From sequence record MK250029.1: 32,000 nucleotides of DNA; one strand, given 5' to 3'. Shown here one piece after another: positions 20,753 through 29,758 of the stretch. The notes below the pieces were generated by a model. The model was not told where the DNA came from and searched no databases. It saw only the letters and a list, made by a program, of their open reading frames with translations. Positions within the stretch are counted from its first letter, which is position 1; the number at the start of each line of letters is the position of its first letter. The stretch comes from Prevotella phage Lak-C1. The translations under genes were made by a program, and so were the position numbers.

Positions 20753-21670
20753 ATGAATACAAATATTAAGAAATTAGTTGAATCCTTATTTGATGATGAT
20801 ATTGATGATATTTTAAAAGGTATGACAGATGATGATGTTTCAAAACAACTTGAAAACAACATGTTTTCTTTAAATGAATTGAAATCATTATTAGAACAAT
20901 TACATGATCCTAAAAATACTTTATTTAAACATAATTTATTGTCATGTGAAAATTTAAATGAATTATCAATTAAATCACAAGAAGGAAACGGTATATATAT
21001 TCCTATAATAACTATATCATTATATGAAAAGAATATAGATATATTTAAAGATATTTTTGATATATTATATGAGTATAATGTAAGATTAGATGTTAATTCA
21101 TTAATTTTTATATTAGAGAATAAAACTGATAATTTTTATTCTATTAAAGAATTATTGGATTTAACAAAGTATAATGATATATTAAGAATCCAGGATTTTT
21201 CTGTTAATTATGGTAAGTTAAAAAATTTAGAAGGATTTCCTAAAATATGGGGTGAATATGATTTTCAATGGATAAGTGAAATAACATCATTCAAAGGATT
21301 TCCTAAAAATGATTATAATATATCTTTGTATTTTTGGGGAAGCTCTTTACCAAACGATTGGTCAGGATGTCCAACACAATTACAGAATTTAAGATATGAG
21401 TCAAATATTGAACCTGTAGATGAAAATGATATAGAAGATATAAAGAAACAAATAGGTTCATTAACCAATATACCATATGATTTAACATTTGAATTAAATA
21501 ATCCTAATAAAATAGGATATAATTTTGTTGGTGGATCATTAATAAATCCAAAATGGAAACCAGATGTTAAAAGAGAAATAAGAAGTTATATAGGACAATG
21601 TTTGAAATCTCAATATAAGAATATAATGGGATTAAAGAAAAGAATATGCAATAGTGAAAAATCTATTTGA
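20753..21670 (+). CDS. Hypothetical LRR-like repeat protein, possibly related to 17981-18856
   Basis: 305 aa without TAG; NLEGFPKIWGEYDFQWISEITSFKGFPK…SLPNDWSGCPTQLQNLRYES; N-terminus resembles the upstream protein. Confidence 0.6.
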   Translation: MNTNIKKLVESLFDDDIDDILKGMTDDDVSKQLENNMFSLNELKSLLEQLHDPKNTLFKHNLLSCENLNELSIKSQEGNGIYIPIITISLYEKNIDIFKDIFDILYEYNVRLDVNSLIFILENKTDNFYSIKELLDLTKYNDILRIQDFSVNYGKLKNLEGFPKIWGEYDFQWISEITSFKGFPKNDYNISLYFWGSSLPNDWSGCPTQLQNLRYESNIEPVDENDIEDIKKQIGSLTNIPYDLTFELNNPNKIGYNFVGGSLINPKWKPDVKREIRSYIGQCLKSQYKNIMGLKKRICNSEKSI

Positions 21671-21678
21671 TATAATTA

Positions 21679-21717
21679 ATAATCGCAAGAGTATGTTAAA
21701 AGTATTCTTGCGATTTT
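21679..21717 (+). terminator. Rho-independent terminator
   Basis: AATCGCAAGA … TCTTGCGATTTTTT, 10-bp perfect stem followed by T-tract. Confidence 0.85.
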
Positions 21718-21742
21718 TTATTTTCATATATTTTATGTATCT

Positions 21743-22075
21743 TTGTGGTATAAAAAACAATTTAAAATTATATTAATGTTATTTTATAGATTTGGTGATA
21801 TTCCTGAAGATGAATGCTCATCTATATGGAATAATAATGATGAAGTAATAGGTAAAGAAAAAGGTGTTTCCGTTTATGAAGCTCATAAAAATATAAATGG
21901 AGAATATACTCCTGTTATTCCATTTCCGACAAATGAAAAAGCATTTAATGATTTTATATATCATATAGGATATTTTACTGGTAACAAATATTTAGTAACC
22001 GGTGATTTGTTAGATGAAACCGGTACTGATGGTGAACCGTTAATTAATAATGTTAAAATAATAAAAAAATTATGA
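21743..22075 (+). CDS. Hypothetical protein
   Basis: 110-aa ORF ending TGA, overlapping the next start (ATGA). The true start may be downstream. Confidence 0.6.
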   Translation: MWYKKQFKIILMLFYRFGDIPEDECSSIWNNNDEVIGKEKGVSVYEAHKNINGEYTPVIPFPTNEKAFNDFIYHIGYFTGNKYLVTGDLLDETGTDGEPLINNVKIIKKL

Positions 22076-22299
22076 CACAGAAAGAAAGATACGATAAGAT
22101 TTGTGAACTTGTTGATGTAGTAGATGATATTAAAGATAAACTTTGGAATATTGTCTGGGAGGCACAAGAAGGAAATTTTAAGGATCATTTTGATAATCTT
22201 CAAAAAGCAGAGAGAGTCGCGATTATTGGAATTTTGAATGATGCAGCTAGACTTTCATCCTCAATAGGACAATATCAGCATTGGTTTGAAGAAAAATAA
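22072..22299 (+). CDS. Hypothetical protein
   Basis: 75-aa ORF, ATGA-coupled to the upstream gene. Confidence 0.65.
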   Translation: MTQKERYDKICELVDVVDDIKDKLWNIVWEAQEGNFKDHFDNLQKAERVAIIGILNDAARLSSSIGQYQHWFEEK

Positions 22300-22372
22300 A
22301 CATTTACTATATTTTATACTATAATAAGTAGATATTGCATAAGATTACTAATTTATTTTATAATAATTAAAT

Positions 22373-23149
22373 ATGAAGGAAAAAGAAGTACAAACAAAGG
22401 AATTATATCCATTTATTAGTGATGCTATTAAGAAAATGGATATTAGTCTTGAAAATATTCAATGGGCACATAAAATTATTACTAATAATACTGCTGGATA
22501 TTTGGATGATATTAATAAGATTCAAAAGTATGTTGAGAATATTATTGATAATGCATGTTCCGTATTTCGTGAGAAGATTACAAAAGAATTGTCATTAGAT
22601 GATTTACTTTTGTATGCTCAGGTTGCAAAGACATCTCAAGACTTTGATAATAACAAGAAACGAACATCTTTTTTTGATAAAAAAATACAGGATATTACAA
22701 TTAAAGACATTGATTTAATTAATAGTACGGGTACAAGTACATATAAAGCTATTGAACAAGATTTATTTGGTAATTCTACTAAAGCTCCAGAAATTCAGAA
22801 AAGATATTGTACAGGTAGATCAATAGCAAGAAAGGTAAAAGATACCATTAAACTTTATGATAATCTTAATGATGTACCTTGCCCTGCTGGAAAACAAGCA
22901 GTATATCGTTTAGCTGTATGTATACCTAAGAGGTTTAATAAGGTAAATTCATATAAGAGACCACTTATATATGGACGAATTCCTACAATGTATTTTATTT
23001 CTGATAATAGAGATAGAGATTTCATTATTGCAAGAAATAATTTTACCAAGTTAATTAGAAAGAAATATTATGATGCTCTTCGTGAATATGAAGAGAAGTA
23101 TGTACCTATTGGACATGATATTTCTATGAAAAAAATAAGTGTATTATGA
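22373..23149 (+). CDS. Hypothetical protein (258 aa)
   Basis: Long TAG-free ORF ending TGA coupled by ATGA to the next. Confidence 0.75.
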   Translation: MKEKEVQTKELYPFISDAIKKMDISLENIQWAHKIITNNTAGYLDDINKIQKYVENIIDNACSVFREKITKELSLDDLLLYAQVAKTSQDFDNNKKRTSFFDKKIQDITIKDIDLINSTGTSTYKAIEQDLFGNSTKAPEIQKRYCTGRSIARKVKDTIKLYDNLNDVPCPAGKQAVYRLAVCIPKRFNKVNSYKRPLIYGRIPTMYFISDNRDRDFIIARNNFTKLIRKKYYDALREYEEKYVPIGHDISMKKISVL

Positions 23150-23676
23150 TTGGAGCATATATTTTATTTTTATTTTTGTTTATATTATCATTCGGTATAA
23201 CATCAGTAATAATATTGTCACTTAATACTTTACATAGTGATAGAAGAGATGAAGGACATTCAACATGGTTTTTGAAGTTAGTCATATTATTTATGTGTAT
23301 TGCATCATTTAAGATTACATATAATATTATTGATAAACCGAATACATGGTTTTGTACAGATGAACCAATTGCAACAAATAAAAATATGGAAACATATGTT
23401 TATTATAATTTCTTTCAAACTGATTCTGTAGTAAAAGAAGTACATAAATTTGAATATATAAAAGCAATAATTACGCGTGAAAAAATGCAAGATGAAGGTG
23501 ATGAAGGATCATCACATATGCATATAGATGTAAAATCTGCTGATGGAAATTATTTTATTAAAGATCGTTGTACAAGATTTGAAGATTTACCATATAATGA
23601 GTTTAAGAAACGTATTGCATTTAGGAAAGAATATTGGCCAGATGTACATTATGAATTAATTTATTTTAGTAATTAA
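23146..23676 (+). CDS. Membrane-anchored hypothetical protein
   Basis: N-terminal TM AYILFLFLFILSFGITSVIILSLNTL, second TM LVILFMCIASFKITYNII. Confidence 0.65.
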   Translation: MIGAYILFLFLFILSFGITSVIILSLNTLHSDRRDEGHSTWFLKLVILFMCIASFKITYNIIDKPNTWFCTDEPIATNKNMETYVYYNFFQTDSVVKEVHKFEYIKAIITREKMQDEGDEGSSHMHIDVKSADGNYFIKDRCTRFEDLPYNEFKKRIAFRKEYWPDVHYELIYFSN

Positions 23677-23680
23677 AATT

Positions 23681-24097
23681 ATGAGTATATTTGTAAATTT
23701 TTTAATATTCATACATTTAATTCCAGCATTTCTTGTATTTTATATATATTATATTATTCCATATCTTGAATTAAAGAAAGGCGCATCTCTTAATGATTAT
23801 GTAAATGCTGTAGAATTTGATGGAATTCCTGCATTAACTGTATGTACATTATTACCGATATTTAACTGGATAATAATTAAGAGTTATTTTGACCCTGATG
23901 ATTATGCAGATAGCAGAAGCTGTAAAGATTATGAGAAAGCCTGTAAGATAAGAGATTATTTACTTAAATTAATAGTAGGGTTATATAGATTTATTGCAGA
24001 ATTTATAACTGCAATATGGATGTTAATTGTATGGATGTTTGGATTAAAATATGTATTTAAAGTTATTAGAAAAATTTTAACATTTAAAATAAAATAA
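23681..24097 (+). CDS. Multi-pass membrane protein, hypothetical
   Basis: FLIFIHLIPAFLVFYIYYIIPYL plus LTVCTLLPIFNWIII and FITAIWMLIVWMFG segments. Confidence 0.65.
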   Translation: MSIFVNFLIFIHLIPAFLVFYIYYIIPYLELKKGASLNDYVNAVEFDGIPALTVCTLLPIFNWIIIKSYFDPDDYADSRSCKDYEKACKIRDYLLKLIVGLYRFIAEFITAIWMLIVWMFGLKYVFKVIRKILTFKIK

Positions 24098-24104
24098 AGA
24101 TATT

Positions 24105-24386
24105 ATGGAACTTACAAAAGAATATCTGTTGGAACATGGATATGAAACTAATCATCCTGATAGAGTTTTGTGTCGTTTTTATAAAACAAATAATAAGAAT
24201 CCAGAGTGGAGAGTTAGTGTAGAACAGGAATACCTTCCATTAAGTAATAAACTTGCATTTAATATTAATTGCTGGAGATGTAATGAAACCGGAGCAATTA
24301 TTAAACGTGCATCTGTAAGTTATGCAGATACAGTAGAAGAACTTAATGCAGTTATTCAGATGTGTGGTATTGATATTAATATGTAA
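24105..24386 (+). CDS. Hypothetical protein
   Basis: 93-aa ORF in the same co-directional cluster. Confidence 0.6.
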   Translation: MELTKEYLLEHGYETNHPDRVLCRFYKTNNKNPEWRVSVEQEYLPLSNKLAFNINCWRCNETGAIIKRASVSYADTVEELNAVIQMCGIDINM

Positions 24387-24390
24387 AAAT

Positions 24391-24439
24391 AAAATGGTTA
24401 ATAGATTTTATATAGTAATTATATTTAATCCATTAACCA
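24391..24439. terminator. Possible terminator hairpin
   Basis: AATGGTTAAT … ATTAACCATT, with a long loop. Confidence 0.4.
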
Positions 24440-24457
24440 TTCTAATAATTTATTAAT

Positions 24458-25183
24458 ATGAATAATAAAAGTATAAGAAAAGAAAAAGCTATTAATCATA
24501 CAGAACAGATGAATAAAGAATATTCTATAATGATTAATGCTTCTATAACTAATTCTATTATATATACAGATGATAATATATACAACAATAATGTAATTGT
24601 TGTTGTTGAAAACATGACAACAACAGATGCTGTATCTAAATATAAGCATGATGAAAAACTTTGTGTTTTAAATTTTGCAAGTTATAAAAAACCTGGTGGA
24701 GGATTTATAAATGGTGCTATTGCACAAGAAGAAGCTATTTGTCATGATAGCACATTATATAATGTTATTTCATCTGAAAAATTTGAGTCTTACTATGAAG
24801 ATAATAAAAACAATACTAATGGTGGATTATATAGAAATGTAGCTATTTATTCACCAAGTATTGTATTTAGTAATAGTAAAACAGTTGTTAATGTTATAAC
24901 ATGTGCTGCACCTAATTTGAGTATATTTAAAGGACCTAAATATAAAGCATATGATACAATTAGAAATAGAATAAAATTTATTCTCGATATTGCTGAAAAG
25001 AATAATGAAACTGAATTAATTTTAGGTGCATTTGGATGTGGTGTTTTTAAAAATGATCCAGAATTTGTAGCCTCAACATTTAAAGATTTACTTTATTCTA
25101 CTAATTACTATCATTTTAAAAAAGTAATATTCGCTATACCAGGAGGTATAAATTATGATATATTTAAAAAAGTCTTTGAATAA
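24458..25183 (+). CDS. Microbial-type PARG / TIGR02452-like macrodomain ADP-ribose hydrolase
   Basis: LCVLNFASYKKPGGGFINGAIAQEEAICHDSTLYNV … LILGAFGCGVFKNDPEFVASTF; PGGGFxNGAxAQEE signature. Confidence 0.85.
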   Translation: MNNKSIRKEKAINHTEQMNKEYSIMINASITNSIIYTDDNIYNNNVIVVVENMTTTDAVSKYKHDEKLCVLNFASYKKPGGGFINGAIAQEEAICHDSTLYNVISSEKFESYYEDNKNNTNGGLYRNVAIYSPSIVFSNSKTVVNVITCAAPNLSIFKGPKYKAYDTIRNRIKFILDIAEKNNETELILGAFGCGVFKNDPEFVASTFKDLLYSTNYYHFKKVIFAIPGGINYDIFKKVFE

Positions 25184-25243
25184 TTTTTTTATTTAAAGAA
25201 TAATGTGTATCTTTGTATTGTTAAATAATAAAACAATAAAGAT

Positions 25244-25465
25244 ATGGATAAGAAACTCAAGATACAAATAACACTTCTTACAGTTATTATTACAGTAGGA
25301 ATCATTATAATTAACAATGCAAAATCAAAAGTTAATTATATTTTAGAACCATGTCCTATATGTGGTTCATCAGAAGTTCTTGATTGCGGTTATGATAATA
25401 TGAAGTATCAAGAACATGCACATTGTGTTACTTGTAATAGAGATTTCTATATTGATGTAGATTAA
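25244..25465 (+). CDS. Small membrane-anchored zinc-ribbon-like protein
   Basis: N-terminal TM followed by CPICGSSEVLDCGYDNMKYQEHAHCVTCNRDFYIDVD. Confidence 0.6.
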   Translation: MDKKLKIQITLLTVIITVGIIIINNAKSKVNYILEPCPICGSSEVLDCGYDNMKYQEHAHCVTCNRDFYIDVD

Positions 25466-25486
25466 ATATTTCCTACTGTATTTTAC

Positions 25487-25526
25487 AAAGGGTTAAAGAA
25501 TGTTAGCGAATATTCTTTAACCCTTT
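25487..25526. terminator. Intrinsic terminator
   Basis: AAAGGGTTAAAGAAT … ATTCTTTAACCCTTTTC, 15-bp perfect stem. Confidence 0.85.
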
Positions 25527-25572
25527 TCTTTTTTATATAAACATTTTTTAATTATTTGAATAAAAATTATAT

Positions 25573-25896
25573 ATGATAAAGTTTAAAAATAAAAATATTG
25601 AAAGAGAAACTGAAATACGATATTTAACATATATTACAGGACGCTCGTATTCATATAACGATGGAGTTAAACATCTAACAAATGTTATTCAAAAAATAAT
25701 ATCCAATAATGATAATAATGGAAAATATTTAAATGAAATTGTATATGCTGATGTAATTCCATATATATATGGTTATTCAGAAACACATACAATTTATTAT
25801 GTATCTGTAATAGTAAAACGTACATATTATAAAGATATGTATGAGTCTTTATATCTATATAATAGAGCATTAGAGGAAACAGAAATAAAGTTATGA
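25573..25896 (+). CDS. Hypothetical protein
   Basis: 107-aa ORF; TGA overlaps the next start. Confidence 0.6.
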   Translation: MIKFKNKNIERETEIRYLTYITGRSYSYNDGVKHLTNVIQKIISNNDNNGKYLNEIVYADVIPYIYGYSETHTIYYVSVIVKRTYYKDMYESLYLYNRALEETEIKL

Positions 25897-26048
25897 TAGT
25901 AGATATGAATGTATTAGAAGAACCAAAAGAATTTAAAGATTTTGGTAATTATCTTCAAAAAACATATAATTTTTCTAATGAACAAATAATTTCTATTACT
26001 AATGAAATTCATAAGTTAATTAGAAAAGTAGAAAAAGAAAATAAGTAA
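25893..26048 (+). CDS. Small hypothetical protein (51 aa), absent from track
   Basis: ATGA coupling with the previous gene; MIVDMNVLEEPKEFKDFGNYLQKTYNFSNEQIISITNEIHKLIRKVEKENK*. Confidence 0.55.
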   Translation: MIVDMNVLEEPKEFKDFGNYLQKTYNFSNEQIISITNEIHKLIRKVEKENK

Positions 26049-26056
26049 TTGAATAT

Positions 26057-26527
26057 ATGAGTTTATTTAAATATCCAAGTATGCATGGTTTAAAGGATAT
26101 TGCAATGATTTATAATGATAATGAATGGGATAACGCAAAATTAGTTGTATGGGATCCAGAATATCAGAGAGAATATAATATATCATTTACAGGTTCTTCT
26201 AGACCAACTGAAAATGAAGTAGGTAAAGTTCATTTTAATATAACAAGAGTTAAAGATGAAAAATCTGCTGATGAAGAAGCGATAGATAAAGAATTAGATG
26301 AACAATTTCCTACTTTATCACAATTAGAGAAAAATAAGTATGAACTTATTTTTAGACGTGGTGTTGAATATGGAAAAAATGTTATTAAGAATGAATTATT
26401 AAAAGAAATATTTAAATCACCATGTGAATCATGCGGAAATTATATGATGTCAGATGATTGCGTATGTAATAAATTATATAAGTATTGTGATTTTATAAAA
26501 GAAGTTAAAAAAAGGATTGAGAAGTAA
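26057..26527 (+). CDS. Hypothetical protein with Cys cluster
   Basis: 156-aa ORF; CESCGNYMMSDDCVCNKLYKYC near the C-terminus. Confidence 0.65.
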   Translation: MSLFKYPSMHGLKDIAMIYNDNEWDNAKLVVWDPEYQREYNISFTGSSRPTENEVGKVHFNITRVKDEKSADEEAIDKELDEQFPTLSQLEKNKYELIFRRGVEYGKNVIKNELLKEIFKSPCESCGNYMMSDDCVCNKLYKYCDFIKEVKKRIEK

Positions 26528-26543
26528 ATATTCTCAATCCTTT
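26511..26543. terminator. Bidirectional terminator between convergent operons
   Basis: AAAGGATTGAGAA-GTAAATA-TTCTCAATCCTTT. Confidence 0.8.
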
Positions 26544-26554
26544 AATTTTATATA

Positions 26555-27136
26555 TTAATATAAATCTTCATCATCATTTTCATCATACAAATAATCATCA
26601 GAATCAATTTCCTCATCATATTCATCATCTTCTTGAGGATCTCCAGTATATATTTCTTCTACATTATCATTATCAATATAAAATGTGAATGTTCCATCTT
26701 CATATGATAACTTTATAGTGTGAGAATCTGCATCATCTACATCAATAACTGTTACATCTTTATCATTTCTAAGTTCCTCAATATCCTTACAATATGAAGA
26801 ATCAAAGATACCTAAAGCTCCTGCATCTACTCCATATGTTTTACCAGACATTGAATCATATGAACCATCACCAAATGCAGTTCCATGAACAAAACCGATA
26901 ATATTATTATCATCTGTGATTATACCATCTTCATAATCTGGTCCCCAACAATTTTCATAAATATCATCATCTAAAATATAACAAGGATCACCAATAACCA
27001 TTGTTAATTTTTCACCTTCTGTATCTATTGTTTCAGAGTAAGAATCTGAACTGTTACTATAACTTTCATTAATTTTTGTTTTAACAGATTTTGCAATAGA
27101 AGTTATAATATTTTCATAAAGTTTTTTACTATTCAT
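26555..27136 (-). CDS. Conserved-type hypothetical protein
   Basis: MVIGDPCYILDDDIYENCWGP…GTAFGDGSYDSMSGKTYGVDAGALGIFD; acidic 193-aa ORF. Confidence 0.65.
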   Translation of the reverse strand: MNSKKLYENIITSIAKSVKTKINESYSNSSDSYSETIDTEGEKLTMVIGDPCYILDDDIYENCWGPDYEDGIITDDNNIIGFVHGTAFGDGSYDSMSGKTYGVDAGALGIFDSSYCKDIEELRNDKDVTVIDVDDADSHTIKLSYEDGTFTFYIDNDNVEEIYTGDPQEDDEYDEEIDSDDYLYDENDDEDLY

Positions 27137-27254
27137 AAATTAATATATAATTTATTTTTATATTTATTTGCTCATATTTTGATTAATATATAGTTAGCTT
27201 AGTATTTATATATTTTATTAATTACATGATGATACAGAGCAAATATAGTATAAA

Positions 27255-27290
27255 AAATGAGATATAACTATTGGATGTTATATCTCATTT
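27255..27290. terminator. Intrinsic terminator hairpin
   Basis: AAATGAGATATAAC … GTTATATCTCATTT downstream of the FETNSSS gene cluster. Confidence 0.7.
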
Positions 27291-27297
27291 TATTTAA

Positions 27298-27603
27298 TTA
27301 ACTATCATAACCATATCGTCCAAATGCATGAACAATTTCACCTCCTGGTGTTTTATATGATTCATCATATGTTTCCATATCATAATCATTAAAATAATCA
27401 TCATATGATTTATAATCATCATCTGAATCATATTTCTCTTGATTTGCTTCATACTCTTCTCTTGTAATGAAAACCTCACTATATTTGCCATATAGAAGTT
27501 CACCATTTTCCCACTTTTTATATTCTGAATCAGAACACATAGTAAGTGTATGGACAGAACTTGAATTGGTTTCAAATACACCTTGTCTTACAGATACTTT
27601 CAT
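27298..27603 (-). CDS. FETNSSS-module protein 5 (101 aa)
   Basis: MKVSVRQGVFETNSSSVHTLTMCSDSEY…. Confidence 0.8.
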   Translation of the reverse strand: MKVSVRQGVFETNSSSVHTLTMCSDSEYKKWENGELLYGKYSEVFITREEYEANQEKYDSDDDYKSYDDYFNDYDMETYDESYKTPGGEIVHAFGRYGYDS

Positions 27604-27625
27604 TTTATTAAATTTATCTTAATTT

Positions 27626-28186
27626 TTAATTACCTTTATCAAAATCCCAAGATGAACCAAAATCTGGTGTTTCTACTTCTTCATCAACATTATCATTACC
27701 TGTTGATACATAACTATTATAATCAAACAAATAATTCAAAAGTCTTTTTTCATTAAATACTGTTGACTCAATAAAATCACCAAGGTCTTCAGTATGGTCA
27801 ATATAACCATCATCTTTTTTACCCTCTGCATTCTTACATGTTATGTAAGTATATGTTTCACCATTATCATATGTATGAGTATGCATAGAAATATCATCAT
27901 AAACAAATACGGCTTTAATTCCATATTTTGCAAGTGTTTCTTTAATTGCTTGCATACATTCTTTAACTTTATCAATATTTTTCCAATAATATCCAATAAT
28001 AGCTTCCCATAGATATGATGCTTTATCTGATGTATTGAAATAGATTTCAAAATCCCATCCAAAATCTCCTTTATCAAATCTTACTGCATCTGGATATTCA
28101 GTAATATTTGATTTCTTAATAATAGAAATTGCATGTGTAGAACTTGAATTTGTTTCAAATACACTTTGTCTAATTTGTACTTTCAT
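27626..28186 (-). CDS. FETNSSS-module protein 4 (186 aa)
   Basis: MKVQIRQSVFETNSSSTHAISIIKKSN…. Confidence 0.8.
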   Translation of the reverse strand: MKVQIRQSVFETNSSSTHAISIIKKSNITEYPDAVRFDKGDFGWDFEIYFNTSDKASYLWEAIIGYYWKNIDKVKECMQAIKETLAKYGIKAVFVYDDISMHTHTYDNGETYTYITCKNAEGKKDDGYIDHTEDLGDFIESTVFNEKRLLNYLFDYNSYVSTGNDNVDEEVETPDFGSSWDFDKGN

Positions 28187-28212
28187 TTACTTTATTTTTA
28201 AAAATTAATAGA

Positions 28213-28569
28213 TTAACATGGTTGATATGTAGAAACAACAATAGTAGAATCAACACCATTAGAGTCTTTTATAACCTCTGTAATAGTATCCCAACCTTCA
28301 TCCGCATAATGATAAATATCCTTCCATACTTCATAAGGGATATAATCATAGTCATCGAACCAAATATCTTCATCTACATTATTAGGATCATAAATTAATT
28401 GATCCTTTGGAACATCTTTTACATTAATAAGTTTGTCTGCTGATGGTCCATTTTCAATAACCATTTTTCCTTCTTTAAATGCTTGCCAATCACTACCATT
28501 AAATAATGCTAATGAATGTGTAGAACTTGAATTCGTTTCAAATACGCCTTCTCTAATCTGAATTTTCAT
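28213..28569 (-). CDS. FETNSSS-module protein 3 (118 aa)
   Basis: MKIQIREGVFETNSSSTHSLALFNGSDW…. Confidence 0.8.
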   Translation of the reverse strand: MKIQIREGVFETNSSSTHSLALFNGSDWQAFKEGKMVIENGPSADKLINVKDVPKDQLIYDPNNVDEDIWFDDYDYIPYEVWKDIYHYADEGWDTITEVIKDSNGVDSTIVVSTYQPC

Positions 28570-28572
28570 ATA

Positions 28573-29253
28573 TTATAAAATATAAATTTTTGGCTTATTA
28601 TAAGGTGCATATGCAATATCTTGAAATGTAATAATATTTTCATCTTTCATTACATCATCAAAGAATTTATCGAACTCATCTACAGTAATCCATTTATTAT
28701 TACCATGTTCAGAAAAATATTTTACATGTGTATCTGTATTTTCTATTGTTTCTGTATATACACCATGTTCAAGATTATTGATTACATGTACAATATCATA
28801 ACCTTTACTTTTTGTATATTCTTTAATTCGTTCAACAAATCTTGCATATACTTTAGTATCTGTTAGCAATGTATCATGATATTCATTTTCAAAATAAGTT
28901 GAACCATATGCATCTCTATTATAATCTTCTATATAATATGCATTTTCATTTAATGCCATTGCAATATACTGAAGTTTTGCAATCCAGTTTGAGATAATAT
29001 AATAAACATTTCCACATTCATCACCATTTTCAAAATATATGCCTGTAAGTGTAAATGTTTTATTTTCTTTATCAATACAAAGTAAAGGATTAAACATATC
29101 ATTATCAATGTTTTCCTTATATTGCTCTATAATAGCTTTGAATATATTATCTCTAACTGAATCTATAGAACCTTTAGTAATTTGCAAACTATGAGTAGAA
29201 CTTGAATTGGTTTCAAATACACCTCTTCTAATTTGTATTTTCATATTTAACAA
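28573..29253 (-). CDS. FETNSSS-module protein 2 (226 aa in track; likely start MKIQIRRG at 29244)
   Basis: MLNMKIQIRRGVFETNSSSTHSLQITKGSID…. Confidence 0.8.
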   Translation of the reverse strand: MLNMKIQIRRGVFETNSSSTHSLQITKGSIDSVRDNIFKAIIEQYKENIDNDMFNPLLCIDKENKTFTLTGIYFENGDECGNVYYIISNWIAKLQYIAMALNENAYYIEDYNRDAYGSTYFENEYHDTLLTDTKVYARFVERIKEYTKSKGYDIVHVINNLEHGVYTETIENTDTHVKYFSEHGNNKWITVDEFDKFFDDVMKDENIITFQDIAYAPYNKPKIYIL

Positions 29254-29744
29254 TATTCATAAAAATTTTTATATTTAGAACCTTGTGGAAGATCATTATC
29301 ACTGCTAAAATAATTATTATCAAAACATTGACATGATGATTTATTGTTAAAAATATATCCTAAAAGATATTTTTCAAATGTTTCATCATCAACATTATTA
29401 TTGAAAATATTATCCAATACATCTTCACCCCAACCACTTGATTCATATTCACCATTTTCATCAATAAGGTAATCAAACTTAATTTCATATTTTGAAATTA
29501 CCTTATTAATACGGTTTTTGCAATAAATGAAATTTGTTAATGAATCATTCATTGTCATGTAATTAAACAATGAATCAAGACGTTCCTGAAGTTTATCATT
29601 TGTTTGACGTTTATCCCATGGTATACCAAGTTTAAATGTCATACCTGCATATTTTTCAATATTTACTGGTTCCAAACATATAGTTAATGTATGTACGGAA
29701 CTTGAATTTGTTTCAAATACACCTCGTCTAATTTGTACTTTCAT
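29247..29744 (-). CDS. FETNSSS-module protein 1 (165 aa)
   Basis: MKVQIRRGVFETNSSSVHTLTICLEPVNIEKYAG…. Confidence 0.8.
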   Translation of the reverse strand: MKVQIRRGVFETNSSSVHTLTICLEPVNIEKYAGMTFKLGIPWDKRQTNDKLQERLDSLFNYMTMNDSLTNFIYCKNRINKVISKYEIKFDYLIDENGEYESSGWGEDVLDNIFNNNVDDETFEKYLLGYIFNNKSSCQCFDNNYFSSDNDLPQGSKYKNFYEYC

Positions 29745-29758
29745 AATTATATATTATA

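Noticed and set aside
27284-28866. Overlapping or antisense ORFs in the track (27294..27581, 27794..28012, 27841..28077, 28621..28866)
   Set aside because: They overlap well-supported FETNSSS genes in other frames or antisense and have low-complexity, AT-driven composition.
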